A stretch of 64,000 bases of DNA from a virus: positions 1 to 64,000 of the IMG/VR virus record IMGVR_UViG_3300009103_002187; one strand, 5' to 3'. Shown one piece after another: positions 21,366 to 31,786 of the stretch. The notes under the pieces were generated by a model, which did no database searches, had not been told where the DNA came from, and saw nothing but the letters and a program-made list of their open reading frames with translations. Each line of letters starts with the position of its first letter. Within the stretch, counting starts at the first letter, position 1. The position numbers and the translations under genes were made by a program.

Positions 21366-23927
21366 TTAAGCTTCTCTTAAAATTGATCGCACTAATCTTC
21401 TTAAAGACTCGGCTGCTTGCTCTTCTTCAGGCTGAAACTCCTCAGGCGACAGATTTTCAGGCTGGGCAACTATAGGCTCTTCAATCTCTTCTGGCACCTC
21501 TTCTGGCGTGTCATCAACAGAAATTTCTAGAGGTGCAGTGGTTGTTGCTGTTGTAAATTCAGACTTAACAATCGACTTCCAACCTCTCATGCCAAGGATC
21601 TGCGGCCCTGTGGACTTACCGTCATTTCGTGCTTTTAAACTAAAATATGGATTTCCAGACGGTCCCACATTTGCCTTAAGCGTTGTTCCATCGGTAATCC
21701 ACTCAAATTTTAAATTATCTAAAAATCCCTTCGCCCCACCGATATTTTCAAGATCAAACTTTTCAATAATCACAGTGACTTCTTCTTTGCAGAGCCAACA
21801 AACCCGAAGAACAATAATCGTCTTTGGTGTCGATGAATCCTCTCGAGTTTCTCGACGGGGTCCAGCCCCAAGGAGATCTTTAGCCCCGGGTATTTTTCCA
21901 TACATATCAGACCTTATATCAAAAAACGCTGCCATGATATCATCTTTAAATACCTCAGTAAAAGGTCTTCCGCTTAAAGTCGGTGGATCATGCTTTATTT
22001 CACCTATCTCGAGCTGCTCTCCGCTTAACAATTTTGCCAAATCCTCATAGGTCGGTTTCATTGCCTCTTGATAGGCCTCCTTAGCTAGATTAAATTTTCG
22101 GAAAATTGTATCAACCTTTTTCATCAAGTCGTCGATTTTCTCCTTGACTTCAGGATCTTTGACAGTGCTTATAAGGTTTGCGTACGCTCCTTTTGGATCT
22201 TTCCAGGAAATGTACTCTTTGTCTTTACCTCTTGGTGACCTCAGTTGAGGATCTTTCTCATCAGGTGGCAATCGATTCTTTCGATAAGTGTTGGCTTCTT
22301 GCACAGGGCCGTATATAAGATTTTTGATTCGGGTGACCTCCTCCTGTTGCTCAGAAGATAATTTTTTGAATTTTTCATTATTTTCTGTATAATAAGTCAC
22401 ATCTAAGAATTTTGCAATTTCCTCTCTTTGCGCTCCGGATTCCATGAGTCCGTCTCTGGCAAGAGTTCCTGCGGGTCGAACAAATCTGCCATCCATTTGA
22501 TTTGCATCCACAGACCCACTCTCATCTCTAAGATAATCTGTTAGCTTATCTTTCATATGCAAATCAAAAATAATTTTCGTTGCCTGATCATAGAGATCTC
22601 TAGAATAATATCCTGAAACAGCTCCAAAAATTTTATCTTCCAACTCTTCCGGAGTGGGCTCTTCCCGTTTTAATTTCCTAATATTCCCAAATCTTCCACC
22701 CTTTACCTCCTCGTTAAATTTTACGTGAATGTCTGAAATATCAGTTGGAACATCAACCATACCCGTATCTTGACCAATAGTTGTAATTAAAGGTCTACCA
22801 AGACCTTCTCGAAAAATTGGATTCTTTGTTACAGCTGTGTAAGCTGCTCGATATAAGGCAAATATCGTCTTCCTTTCATCGTCAGACAAGCTAGGATCTG
22901 TAAAAATATTTTCTGCGTCAGGCGTGTCTTCAAAGGTACCCGGGACAGGTAGCTCACCATTACCCCCGCGAGGACTTCCTAAAAGCGCATCCAAAACTGA
23001 AAACTCCACAAGTTTTCCAATCTTGACCCCTTCACGACCGCCTGTCATATTGGGAAAACAAGGCTTGGGAGGTCTCTTACATTTTGTATTTGCCTCTTGA
23101 ATTATGCGAGAGATATATTCTCTAATCAATCTGCTTGAAGTTTTATTTAGAACCTCATTCACTTTGTCAACTGCTTTTCGAGCATTCACAGGATCTCTCT
23201 TTAGCTTTGGACCAATATAGTCCTCAAAGTCAAAAAGATAATCCCTAAATGTTGAATGTGATGCCATATAATTAAGCAGCCCCTCGAAGGTCAAGACCAT
23301 GTCAGGGTGAAGATTGATATCTAGCACCTCTAGGATCTTTGCAGGATCTTCAGTTCGAACTGTTTCTCGACCCTCCATCAAAAAAGTTTGGGGGTTTCCA
23401 TCAACTCGAACCTGCAAGCCTCCCGGATAAGCGATCGCATATTTCACCTTGCGTTCAGTGGTGCATGCTGCGTCACTCTTCTTCCGAGCGATCAGATTGA
23501 TCAAGGCATTTCGATATGCTCCTTGAATCCCATTTTCATCAACACCTGCGAAAAGCCACGATGTGTGGTTAATATTTTCACCAGGCATGATGTCAACCTG
23601 AACATACTTTCCCGTGGGGCCTTCTGATAGATTAAAGATGGGATACTTCACGTGAATATTACTTCCCATCTTTCGAACATTTTCAGAACCCAGCGCTGTT
23701 GAAAGAAATCTTTCTAGTCTCTCCTTAAAGACAGGCTTGGAATCTCCCATGGGAATTTCAACAGTGATATCAGCATCTCTGCTGACCGTCTTCTTCCCTG
23801 TGCTTCCAATCATCCTATAGGTGTTAATACCTGCAGGGTGAAGATGATTTCTCAAAAAATGATCTAGCGTTGGCTTACAATCCTCTCGATTAATTCCAGA
23901 GGTTCCAACAAATATCGCGCCACCCAT
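21366..23927 (-). CDS. Multidomain protein: N-terminal Pol-beta-like nucleotidyltransferase plus an unknown (possibly nuclease-like) domain
   Basis: GSTGKK..SRDADI...VQVDIM triad; linker RLIREYISRIIQEA; C-terminal ESLRRLVRSILREA. Confidence 0.6.
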   Translation of the reverse strand: MGGAIFVGTSGINREDCKPTLDHFLRNHLHPAGINTYRMIGSTGKKTVSRDADITVEIPMGDSKPVFKERLERFLSTALGSENVRKMGSNIHVKYPIFNLSEGPTGKYVQVDIMPGENINHTSWLFAGVDENGIQGAYRNALINLIARKKSDAACTTERKVKYAIAYPGGLQVRVDGNPQTFLMEGRETVRTEDPAKILEVLDINLHPDMVLTFEGLLNYMASHSTFRDYLFDFEDYIGPKLKRDPVNARKAVDKVNEVLNKTSSRLIREYISRIIQEANTKCKRPPKPCFPNMTGGREGVKIGKLVEFSVLDALLGSPRGGNGELPVPGTFEDTPDAENIFTDPSLSDDERKTIFALYRAAYTAVTKNPIFREGLGRPLITTIGQDTGMVDVPTDISDIHVKFNEEVKGGRFGNIRKLKREEPTPEELEDKIFGAVSGYYSRDLYDQATKIIFDLHMKDKLTDYLRDESGSVDANQMDGRFVRPAGTLARDGLMESGAQREEIAKFLDVTYYTENNEKFKKLSSEQQEEVTRIKNLIYGPVQEANTYRKNRLPPDEKDPQLRSPRGKDKEYISWKDPKGAYANLISTVKDPEVKEKIDDLMKKVDTIFRKFNLAKEAYQEAMKPTYEDLAKLLSGEQLEIGEIKHDPPTLSGRPFTEVFKDDIMAAFFDIRSDMYGKIPGAKDLLGAGPRRETREDSSTPKTIIVLRVCWLCKEEVTVIIEKFDLENIGGAKGFLDNLKFEWITDGTTLKANVGPSGNPYFSLKARNDGKSTGPQILGMRGWKSIVKSEFTTATTTAPLEISVDDTPEEVPEEIEEPIVAQPENLSPEEFQPEEEQAAESLRRLVRSILREA

Positions 23928-23975
23928 ATCAATGACTCCGTCTATATGTTTTAATTATCTTGTAGATTACCCCTC

Positions 23976-25217
23976 TTACACAAGAGGGACAGAAATTTTT
24001 GCTGGAGTTTTACCGTACCTAAAAAACCCAAGGAGCTTATTGATCGGTGTAAACATTCCAGTTAGCTTACGTGTCTTTCCATTCCACTTAAAGACCACGC
24101 CTTCTGTGGCAGTCTCAAAGAGTGACTCGTTGGTCGCAAGCCTGGCAAGCGCAACTCGGATGCTTTCCAATTGATCCGGATTGGCCTCAATTCGATTCTC
24201 ATCATATGCTTTTCGAATCTCCTGGACCCGATCAGTGATCTCCTTGTGATTACTCGCAGTAAGACTAAACTCCAAGTTTCGAAAGGCATAAGTACCCACG
24301 CGTTGGATGATCTCCTCTAGAGGAATGATCGCTTCAGATACCGCTCGAGATCGACGAATCTCGACCTCTTTAAACTGCTCCCAATTCTCAGGGGGTGCAA
24401 CCTTTCGAAATTTCTTGTGCAAATTTCCTCGTCCAGTAGCTAGACGAACAGCGGTATCTTTGATCAAAGACCGAGGAATAAATCGATACCTTTGATCAGT
24501 GGAGATGTGCTGTCGAACAAGCTCAACAACCAGGTCACGAATTGTGTGTGACCGACTCAATCGAGATGATCCCAGCAAAGCATCCAAGTCGTCAGTAAGG
24601 CTTGCAATTCGATCCTCGCCTTCAATCAAAATTTTCTTTACCTGTGCTTCAGGTGTGTGATCAATCTTAAAATTATCAATCAGAACCTTGGCAGAGCTCA
24701 CAAATTCCTCATAAAGCTTCACATCAGACTCGGACCCAGGAGCAACAGCTGCAACTTGAATGAATCGAATCGAAGGCTCATCATAAGCAATGGTATTCGA
24801 GCTAGATGGGTGCAACAAGGCGGTCTCAATGAAGATCTTGCCGTCCTGAAAGAGATCTGAATATTCGATCGCAACTGGCATCAAGGCCCGATAAGCCTCA
24901 GTAAATGCAGTTAGAATATGGGGGTTGTCAGCATACCTCATCTGAATGTCCACGAGATCCATGCCTCCTCCGGACAACAGACGTCGATAGGAGGCCCCTT
25001 TGCTGAGAAACTTCAAATTTCCCTGATGCACCGTAAAGGTTACATTTTGACCATCCATTTTCTCATCTAGCTGTGTAAGCGATCCAAACAATGCTGCCTC
25101 GATCATCTGATACAGCTCACCGATCGGCATGTCCAGATCCTCATAAAAGTGATAGATGTGAGCATCCAGTTTTTCTGGAATAGGCACTGTCTTACCTTGA
25201 TACATTGGAACGATCAT
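23976..25217 (-). CDS. RNA-ligase-like covalent nucleotidyltransferase (DUF6267-like)
   Basis: HIYHFYED, motif I EKMDGQN, motif IV EGVVF, motif V-like KLTG. Confidence 0.6.
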   Translation of the reverse strand: MIVPMYQGKTVPIPEKLDAHIYHFYEDLDMPIGELYQMIEAALFGSLTQLDEKMDGQNVTFTVHQGNLKFLSKGASYRRLLSGGGMDLVDIQMRYADNPHILTAFTEAYRALMPVAIEYSDLFQDGKIFIETALLHPSSSNTIAYDEPSIRFIQVAAVAPGSESDVKLYEEFVSSAKVLIDNFKIDHTPEAQVKKILIEGEDRIASLTDDLDALLGSSRLSRSHTIRDLVVELVRQHISTDQRYRFIPRSLIKDTAVRLATGRGNLHKKFRKVAPPENWEQFKEVEIRRSRAVSEAIIPLEEIIQRVGTYAFRNLEFSLTASNHKEITDRVQEIRKAYDENRIEANPDQLESIRVALARLATNESLFETATEGVVFKWNGKTRKLTGMFTPINKLLGFFRYGKTPAKISVPLV

Positions 25218-26023
25218 CCTACTAGAATTCCCCCTACTATCTCTCGAAGCATTGCCTCTTGTGTGTTTCTTTTTAGCATTAAATCTAGCACGCGATCCTT
25301 ATCCTCAGGCGTGTAAATCGCTGGGAGAAAATCGCGGACATTCTCTCGTTCCATCGTCCGAATTTGGCTTCCTCGCACAGTGATCTTTCTAATCATGTCA
25401 GCCTTAAGCTGTGGAGATAGATAAGGCAGCTCATCTCGATAAGCTGTTAGATCGCCGGACTCGATGGCACACTGTGCTTTTAGAAGTCGATTCATGGTCT
25501 GATCTGGCTCCTGGCCCGAGTCCGTTCGAAACTCTCTGAGAATCGAGGTTCCCTCCAGGCGAGTGTAGATCTTTAGATCCTTTCTGCCTCCGTAAATTGT
25601 TAGACCCACATGAGTCGGATCCACATTTGGGATGTTAAATTGAGAAAGAACCTCACTTTTAGTCGTCCCATGATTGACCTCATCGATTACACCCCGGACT
25701 ATCTGGAAGACGTCACCGATCGGTGTTGACTTACCTATCTCACCTGTGCTCTTTTTTGGGGGCCCTGGTAGAACAGGAAATCTCGCATAGACAAGCTTGG
25801 GCAATGTCTGTTTTAGCCGATAGGTGATCCCTGTCCACCCATCATGACCTTCCCACATCTTTTCCACTGCCTTGTCAGTGATCTCCACCCCGGCACCTTT
25901 CTTTCGACCTGCACCTCCAATGATCAGGATCACACCGTCATTTTCTCGATGTGCTAGGACAAGCTTGGCAAAATGGCCAGAGTGAAAGGGCTTAAAGCCT
26001 CCAGTAAAGATTCCAATATTCAT
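25214..26023 (-). CDS. HxGH (cytidylyl/adenylyl) transferase-like protein
   Basis: GIFTGGFKPFHSGH; RGSQIR near the C-terminus; terminal EAMLREIV motif. Confidence 0.7.
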   Translation of the reverse strand: MNIGIFTGGFKPFHSGHFAKLVLAHRENDGVILIIGGAGRKKGAGVEITDKAVEKMWEGHDGWTGITYRLKQTLPKLVYARFPVLPGPPKKSTGEIGKSTPIGDVFQIVRGVIDEVNHGTTKSEVLSQFNIPNVDPTHVGLTIYGGRKDLKIYTRLEGTSILREFRTDSGQEPDQTMNRLLKAQCAIESGDLTAYRDELPYLSPQLKADMIRKITVRGSQIRTMERENVRDFLPAIYTPEDKDRVLDLMLKRNTQEAMLREIVGGILVG

Positions 26024-26667
26024 TCCTTCTCCTTGTTTTGATTTTCAATTAGTTGATATATCCTTGCCACCAATCCCGAAAGATTTTCCAAATTCAATCT
26101 TGCATCAATGGTTACCACATTGTCCTCGTCCACATCCAATTTACACCATCGATCCAAAAGTGTCAGAGGATCATCCAGTGGAAGTTGAGAGATCTTCTCA
26201 ACTGAGACTGGTGTAAAGTCCCACATGTCCACACAAACATTTACTCTCTTTCCTGAAATTGGTCTTCCTGTGTGAATATGACCGTGAATTTGTAGATCAT
26301 AGTTTGCAACCAGGTCGTGTGGCATAGGATAATGACAGATAAAAACTCGTCGATCATCAGGTAACTGATAATCCAGTGCATAGTGAACTTCGTCAAATCC
26401 TGACTTCAACATCTTAGACACACTACTATCGTGATTTCCCTTGATCAAGATCTTTCTACCGTTCAACTGTTTTACTATCTCGGTGCCCTTTTGAGAACCA
26501 CAAAGAAAAACATCACCAACGACATAGACTGTATCATCATTTGACACAGTTTTATTCCATCTCTTGATAATTTCATTGTTCATCTCATCAACTGTTTCAA
26601 AGGGCCTTCCGCAATACCTGATAATATTTTCATGACCAAAATGCATGTCTGAAGTAAAATAGTCCAT
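26020..26667 (-). CDS. Calcineurin-like metallophosphoesterase
   Basis: SDMHFGH, VGD, GNHD, HYP, HGHIH. Confidence 0.9.
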   Translation of the reverse strand: MDYFTSDMHFGHENIIRYCGRPFETVDEMNNEIIKRWNKTVSNDDTVYVVGDVFLCGSQKGTEIVKQLNGRKILIKGNHDSSVSKMLKSGFDEVHYALDYQLPDDRRVFICHYPMPHDLVANYDLQIHGHIHTGRPISGKRVNVCVDMWDFTPVSVEKISQLPLDDPLTLLDRWCKLDVDEDNVVTIDARLNLENLSGLVARIYQLIENQNKEKE

Positions 26668-26672
26668 TGTTC

Positions 26673-27644
26673 CTACAAAAAAGACAGATAAACTCTGCCT
26701 CTAACAGCTTGATTCAAGGCATGAAGATAATCTAGCTTTTTCTTTGACGCTCCAAATTTTTTCTTCTTTTCAATTGATTTATCAAGACGATTGCTAAAAT
26801 CATTGTATAGATCATGCAAAAATATATCAGCATAATCAATCACTTTGGCGTCAGCGAGAGTTCTAGATAGACCATTAATTCCTTTTGCAAGATCATCTAG
26901 ATCAATAGCATCAGGATTAACACCAGGGTTCTCTGTAAGCAATCTGTTCCTTGGCGTTCCACCTTCCAATAGATAGTTTGCGATGTCAGTCAAGAAGCTT
27001 CTAGGATTAACAGAGATCATTTCTAAATCAAAATTCTTTCGACACCTCGTTGAAACTCTTTTTCCTTTTCGAACTTTTGCAGTCACACCCTCTGTTCCAA
27101 TGCTTATCGTAAGTGCTGCACCCAGTGCCGCATAAAGATTACCCATGATGTAACCTTTCAATCCCCTCTCGGGACAGTATCTCGCCCGCATCCAATCTTG
27201 ATAACGAGGGAATGTCATCACCATGTCAACCTGAACATATCTTTCATCAGGTAGTTTCATAATTGCCATAGTTGGAGATGATCGCAACGTCTCTATGATG
27301 TCAACAATCTCAGGCTTGCGCTCCTCAACAAACTTAGCAAAGTCTGATTCATACGCAGCTTTAATTCGATTTTCTTCTTTGCGCCTCTCCCACTCTGTTC
27401 CTTGAAAATCTCGAGGAAAAGGAAGACTAACTAGATAGTCAACATCACCGTATGCAACATCATTGCGCTCCTCAAAGTCTATCATGCTATAAGCTGATGA
27501 TCCCACAGCCTGGAGAGGACAAATCTCTGCCTCCCTAAGCTCTCGCCAATCATAAATCAGCTTCTTATATAGACTAATAGACTCTAGCGCGATCGACGGC
27601 GTGATGACAGTCGTCCGCGTCTTTTGTGATTTCAAACCACCCAT
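26673..27644 (-). CDS. Pol-beta-like nucleotidyltransferase
   Basis: MGG start as in 21366-23927; VGS...YGDVDYLV...VQVDMV; GLKG. Confidence 0.6.
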   Translation of the reverse strand: MGGLKSQKTRTTVITPSIALESISLYKKLIYDWRELREAEICPLQAVGSSAYSMIDFEERNDVAYGDVDYLVSLPFPRDFQGTEWERRKEENRIKAAYESDFAKFVEERKPEIVDIIETLRSSPTMAIMKLPDERYVQVDMVMTFPRYQDWMRARYCPERGLKGYIMGNLYAALGAALTISIGTEGVTAKVRKGKRVSTRCRKNFDLEMISVNPRSFLTDIANYLLEGGTPRNRLLTENPGVNPDAIDLDDLAKGINGLSRTLADAKVIDYADIFLHDLYNDFSNRLDKSIEKKKKFGASKKKLDYLHALNQAVRGRVYLSFL

Positions 27645-27660
27645 ATCTCACCTTATGATC

Positions 27661-27688
27661 ATTATACCACATGATCAAGAGGTTTACA
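27661..27688 (-). promoter_or_regulatory. Class I promoter TGTAAA-N16-TATAAT
   Basis: Shares ATGTGGTATAAT with the promoter at 12159. Confidence 0.6.
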
Positions 27689-27979
27689 TTAAAAATCGGA
27701 TTCTTCTATCAAACCTTTATTGACGCCAGCTCTTAGTGCCTTTTTTCTAAGAAATCGAAGACTTTCTAAACATCGAGTAATCCGATCTCTTTCTTTTCTA
27801 TCTCTCTGGGGTAACTGGTGTCGGATCGACTTCAACTCTGTGATAATCTTATCATAATCATCTACGTGTGCAGAAGAACCAAATTCCACCTCTGAGCCTT
27901 CAAAGGTATGATATCTTCGCTCTCTAGACTCATTAATAACACTCTGAATCAGAGTTCTCAAATCTTTTTTCGATAACAT
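27689..27979 (-). CDS. Hypothetical protein with N-terminal LRTLIQSVINE motif
   Basis: Shared motif; ATAATTA upstream. Confidence 0.55.
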   Translation of the reverse strand: MLSKKDLRTLIQSVINESRERRYHTFEGSEVEFGSSAHVDDYDKIITELKSIRHQLPQRDRKERDRITRCLESLRFLRKKALRAGVNKGLIEESDF

Positions 27980-28028
27980 TATAATTTACCTCGCAGAATA
28001 ATTATTCCTTCGCAAAGTAAACTTCAGA

Positions 28029-28310
28029 TCAATCACTCTTCTTTGATCTTCCCTTCTTGCGTTTATTAGAGCGATCATCTCTCTTTTCTTTTAGTCCCTT
28101 TTTTGATCTTTTTTTCTCTTCTAATGACTCAATCATCATGTGAAGTCGTTGTCTTTCCTTAACAGCCCCGACATCTCTGCCAAGGCGCTGATCAAGCAGG
28201 GCAATCTGCTGCACTGGGCTTCTTTTAGCTCGCTCTTCAGCGAGAACACTTGCTCTATTTTGAAGCTCTGCTCGTCGAGCATGCCCCCTATTAATACGTG
28301 ATCTAGGCAT
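28029..28310 (-). CDS. Highly basic small phage protein
   Basis: RSPVQQIALLDQRLG..GAVKER; K/R-rich tail; GAGGA SD. Confidence 0.55.
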   Translation of the reverse strand: MPRSRINRGHARRAELQNRASVLAEERAKRSPVQQIALLDQRLGRDVGAVKERQRLHMMIESLEEKKRSKKGLKEKRDDRSNKRKKGRSKKSD

Positions 28311-28324
28311 TTGTCATCCTCATG

Positions 28325-28555
28325 TTAGCTATTTTGCTCTTTGACTGATTTATTTAAAGCGTTCTCAACAGCGGTGTGAATAAATTTTCGTATATCATCA
28401 TCAGATGGTGTTGCTGACGAGGGTAAACCTAAAGAAGACTTGACTACTTCTAAGAATTCTTCATTTAATTCTACCTCAAGATTTCCACCTCTGGGTAGAT
28501 CAATAGACCGAAACGTCTGCTCTTTTTCATTGTGAAATTTTATAGTGTCGCTCAT
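28325..28555 (-). CDS. Hypothetical protein
   Basis: Preceded by TAAACA-N16-TATAAT. Confidence 0.55.
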   Translation of the reverse strand: MSDTIKFHNEKEQTFRSIDLPRGGNLEVELNEEFLEVVKSSLGLPSSATPSDDDIRKFIHTAVENALNKSVKEQNS

Positions 28556-28592
28556 ATAAAAATTATATTATCGCACGACCTAATGTTTAAGT

Positions 28593-29306
28593 TTATGATC
28601 TTAAGATTGACAGCTCTCTCCGAACAGCTTCTTTCTGCTGGGACTCTCCCACCTTAATCGGAACTGGTGGAGAGGTATCTTCTTTTCCCGGGCTCTTTGA
28701 AGCTGCCTTTTTTGTAGGTGCTGACTTACTTTTAGCAACCTTCTTCTCTCTCTTCTTGGGATCAGGTGCTGAGACCTTTGTCTGGGATGTCATCTCAATT
28801 CGTCCAGGTTTGTCATCGGGTTGGGGAACAGAATTGCCATCTGCACCTGCTGTCACAATATTCTTAATTGAATTTAAAAACTTGTAAAGTGCAATTCTCT
28901 CAGGCTCATCCATGTCTTCATAATACTCGATTAACTCCATCTTAATATCAGAATCTTTCAATGATCGCCCTGATCGGATATCATTGATTAGATCACGAAT
29001 ATCATTAAACTTAATCTCCTCGGGCATGTTATCAACAGGCTTCTGTTCCGGAGATGCTTCTTGTTTCTCAGGCTCAGGAGATGCCTGTTCAACATCCTCT
29101 TCGCGAACATCTGACTCTGACTCCCGATGAGGGCTGTCAACTTGGCCAGAAATCTTTTTTGACATCGCCATTTGATCTTGACGTGCAGATGTGTAATCAT
29201 CTTCAGGAACGTCAATGGCACTTTTTGCCCTAGAAACAGACTCCTCAGCAATTAATCTGAGAAAAGTCTCGAGATTTCGCTTAGAAGTAATTTTTATCTT
29301 TTTCAT
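28593..29306 (-). CDS. Putative virion-internal protein
   Basis: MKKIKIT...LRLIAEES N-terminal motif; INDIRSGRSLKD core. Confidence 0.55.
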   Translation of the reverse strand: MKKIKITSKRNLETFLRLIAEESVSRAKSAIDVPEDDYTSARQDQMAMSKKISGQVDSPHRESESDVREEDVEQASPEPEKQEASPEQKPVDNMPEEIKFNDIRDLINDIRSGRSLKDSDIKMELIEYYEDMDEPERIALYKFLNSIKNIVTAGADGNSVPQPDDKPGRIEMTSQTKVSAPDPKKREKKVAKSKSAPTKKAASKSPGKEDTSPPVPIKVGESQQKEAVRRELSILRS

Positions 29307-29509
29307 TTCTTATTCCCACGACGCTGCCATACAACCCGATTTTGAGGGCGCTCACGATAAAGTTTGTTATAACGACGCTGAGGTAACGCATCTTGATCCT
29401 CTGCGTATTCCTTTATCTTCTCTTTGTGCGTAACCTCACGAGTTGCGATATCATCAACAAACTTGTCAAAATTGAACTCTACTTCTTCTAAATTTTTCTT
29501 ATTGCTCAT
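29303..29509 (-). CDS. Hypothetical protein
   Basis: GAGGAG SD. Confidence 0.5.
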   Translation of the reverse strand: MSNKKNLEEVEFNFDKFVDDIATREVTHKEKIKEYAEDQDALPQRRYNKLYRERPQNRVVWQRRGNKK

Positions 29510-29527
29510 AACGATGTCTCCTCAATA

Positions 29528-29914
29528 TTATTTATCTTGTTCATAAAGAAGTGTTATGTCAACAGCAGCTTCTTCATCTCCGTGCATCACATTTACTTCA
29601 AATTTAGAATCTGACGCATTAATCTCTTCAATTATCTCTCGGCCAGTTCCTAAGATTTTTACAGTATGAAAAGTTTCACCAAGGATAAAAGGCCGTGTGT
29701 CTTCCTTTGTTGTTAAGCTTAGAGTTCTCGATTGATCTTTGTTTACAATTCCTGACAACGCACCTGAAATAGTCACATTGTCAAATAAGACCTCACACGA
29801 GTAAACTGCCTGTTTTGATTCTTCGCCCATTAACAATTCAGGAGTGATCCTATCTGTTAAAGAATCACTCATAATCAAAACGTCGTTATCTGCACCTTCA
29901 ATCTTAAAACTCAC
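29528..29914 (-). CDS. Hypothetical protein
   Basis: ORF within the operon. Confidence 0.5.
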   Translation of the reverse strand: MSFKIEGADNDVLIMSDSLTDRITPELLMGEESKQAVYSCEVLFDNVTISGALSGIVNKDQSRTLSLTTKEDTRPFILGETFHTVKILGTGREIIEEINASDSKFEVNVMHGDEEAAVDITLLYEQDK

Positions 29915-30341
29915 GCTCTTTCCTTTTATTCAAAATTAATTTTCTAGTTTGAATTACATCACTATAAATTTGATCAACAGATTTTGAGTATTCTAAATCT
30001 AGCTCAGTAACCTCATCTAAATCGTGTGTATACACCTCGACCCTAACAACATCTGAGTCAATTTGCAAAAATCCGTGGTGATCAGTCTCATCTTGATGCT
30101 CAAGAACAAATGCAACAAACTTACGAAGATCTTTGTAAAATTTAAACTTAAAAGATCTTCTAATCCTATTGGGTGACTCTAACATTTCCCATTTGGACTC
30201 TCCAACCTGTAAAGGCAGGCCGTTATCTACTTCTTCTTTAGAATATGCACCGAAAGTCTTAAGTACTATCTCAGAAGAATCTGATGATTCAAATAAACCG
30301 TTATTCTTGAATATTCTTGATACTGTTCTATTCTTAAGCAT
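29904..30341 (-). CDS. Pterin-4a-carbinolamine dehydratase-like protein
   Basis: W...I.RSFKF..F....DHHG...V.VYTHD...VTELD. Confidence 0.8.
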   Translation of the reverse strand: MLKNRTVSRIFKNNGLFESSDSSEIVLKTFGAYSKEEVDNGLPLQVGESKWEMLESPNRIRRSFKFKFYKDLRKFVAFVLEHQDETDHHGFLQIDSDVVRVEVYTHDLDEVTELDLEYSKSVDQIYSDVIQTRKLILNKRKEREF

Positions 30342-31716
30342 TCTTAGCGCCGCGCCCTTGTTTTGCGTATAACTTGTCAAGCTTATTACCAAATGCGCCT
30401 TTCAAGATTTTAGCAACAACTTGATCTGGTATCAGATGATATTGATCAATCACATCTTGCAAGATCAAGCCTTGTATGGGATTGTTTGTGCTGTGAGGTC
30501 GCTTGACTCTCTTTCCATGCTTTTTTGGGCTGGCAAATGTGTGCCACTTTGCCTGAAGATGCCTTGCATCCTTTATCTCCTTATCGTACATCTCCTTGTA
30601 GAGGCCTTGCGCAAACAGCTTAAAAGCAGCCAAATAAGCTGAATGATCTGGGCCTTTCCCCACCTTGAGATCGCTTAATCCTGTCTTGCCGCCATCGGGT
30701 AATACTTCCTCTACAGCTGGGTTTATTCCTATCACAAGATCTCTAAAGATCGTAAATGTTACAGCCTCAATATTATGCGCAGTTCCAAATTTTTCCATAT
30801 CATATACAATAGGTAGCTTTTTACCAGGTGGGGGCAGATCTCCCAAGAGCTTTAGGTCGTCGTAGATAATATTTCGAACATTATTGAGACCCGTTCCAAT
30901 CTCTTGCGCAATGAGCTTAATTAAATCTCCTAAATTCATTCTTCTAACAATGTCTGGCGTTAGCTTTTCAGCGCCCAGCTCAGCAGACACATGATTAGCC
31001 AAGGCTACCCCTGTCGCTTCCTCAACAGGGTTTAGATCGTATTCATGACCGGGTGGCAAGTCTTCTATATTACCCCTGGCCTCACCACTGTCCCCTTCAG
31101 CAGCTCCTGGGTCATCAAGATCAGACAAGTCTTCTGACCCTGGCGTGTATGATCCAAGCGCCTCCAAGGCTTCAGGATCCTGCTCTGCTGCCATGATCTC
31201 TTCATGGGATGGGGCACCCCATTCATCCTCGTCTTTTTTCTTGTCTTTCCATCGATGTTGAGATCCCATGGGCTCGTCACCCCACCTTGCACCGGGTCGC
31301 CATTCTGGATCACCTGGCTGTGGAATCATCCCAGGGCCGACTTCGATCAAAATCTTTCGAATTGCTGCTCGAAGATGGGATTCATTTTGATTCTTTTGTC
31401 TGGCTCTTTTTCTAGCATTTCTTGCCACTCGTTTTACCTGTCGCTTAACCTTGTCAGACTCATCCTCAGGTACCTGAGATAAAACAGATATTAAAGATTG
31501 AACTAGCTCATCTTCACTAGACAGCGGGTCACCTCCCAAACTGGGCTTCTCTTTCGCCTTTTTAAGGGGTTGAACATCCATAGTTTCATCAGGTTGCACG
31601 GGTGGTTCATTTATGACTCTCGGCGCTGATTTGTCACCGGTACTTTTTTCCTTCCCCGCGTCCAAAAATTCCTGAATAATTTGGCGTACGGCACTCTTTT
31701 TAACAACTACTTTCAT
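30334..31716 (-). CDS. Putative virion-internal protein
   Basis: MKVVVKKSAVRQIIQE and internal ESHLRAAIRKILIE motifs; ATATTTA upstream. Confidence 0.55.
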   Translation of the reverse strand: MKVVVKKSAVRQIIQEFLDAGKEKSTGDKSAPRVINEPPVQPDETMDVQPLKKAKEKPSLGGDPLSSEDELVQSLISVLSQVPEDESDKVKRQVKRVARNARKRARQKNQNESHLRAAIRKILIEVGPGMIPQPGDPEWRPGARWGDEPMGSQHRWKDKKKDEDEWGAPSHEEIMAAEQDPEALEALGSYTPGSEDLSDLDDPGAAEGDSGEARGNIEDLPPGHEYDLNPVEEATGVALANHVSAELGAEKLTPDIVRRMNLGDLIKLIAQEIGTGLNNVRNIIYDDLKLLGDLPPPGKKLPIVYDMEKFGTAHNIEAVTFTIFRDLVIGINPAVEEVLPDGGKTGLSDLKVGKGPDHSAYLAAFKLFAQGLYKEMYDKEIKDARHLQAKWHTFASPKKHGKRVKRPHSTNNPIQGLILQDVIDQYHLIPDQVVAKILKGAFGNKLDKLYAKQGRGAKNA

Positions 31717-31786
31717 TATAGCACCCTCAAGATAAATAACTTTCAATCTATAAATATTGAGGGAAAATTATTAATACAATCAATCA

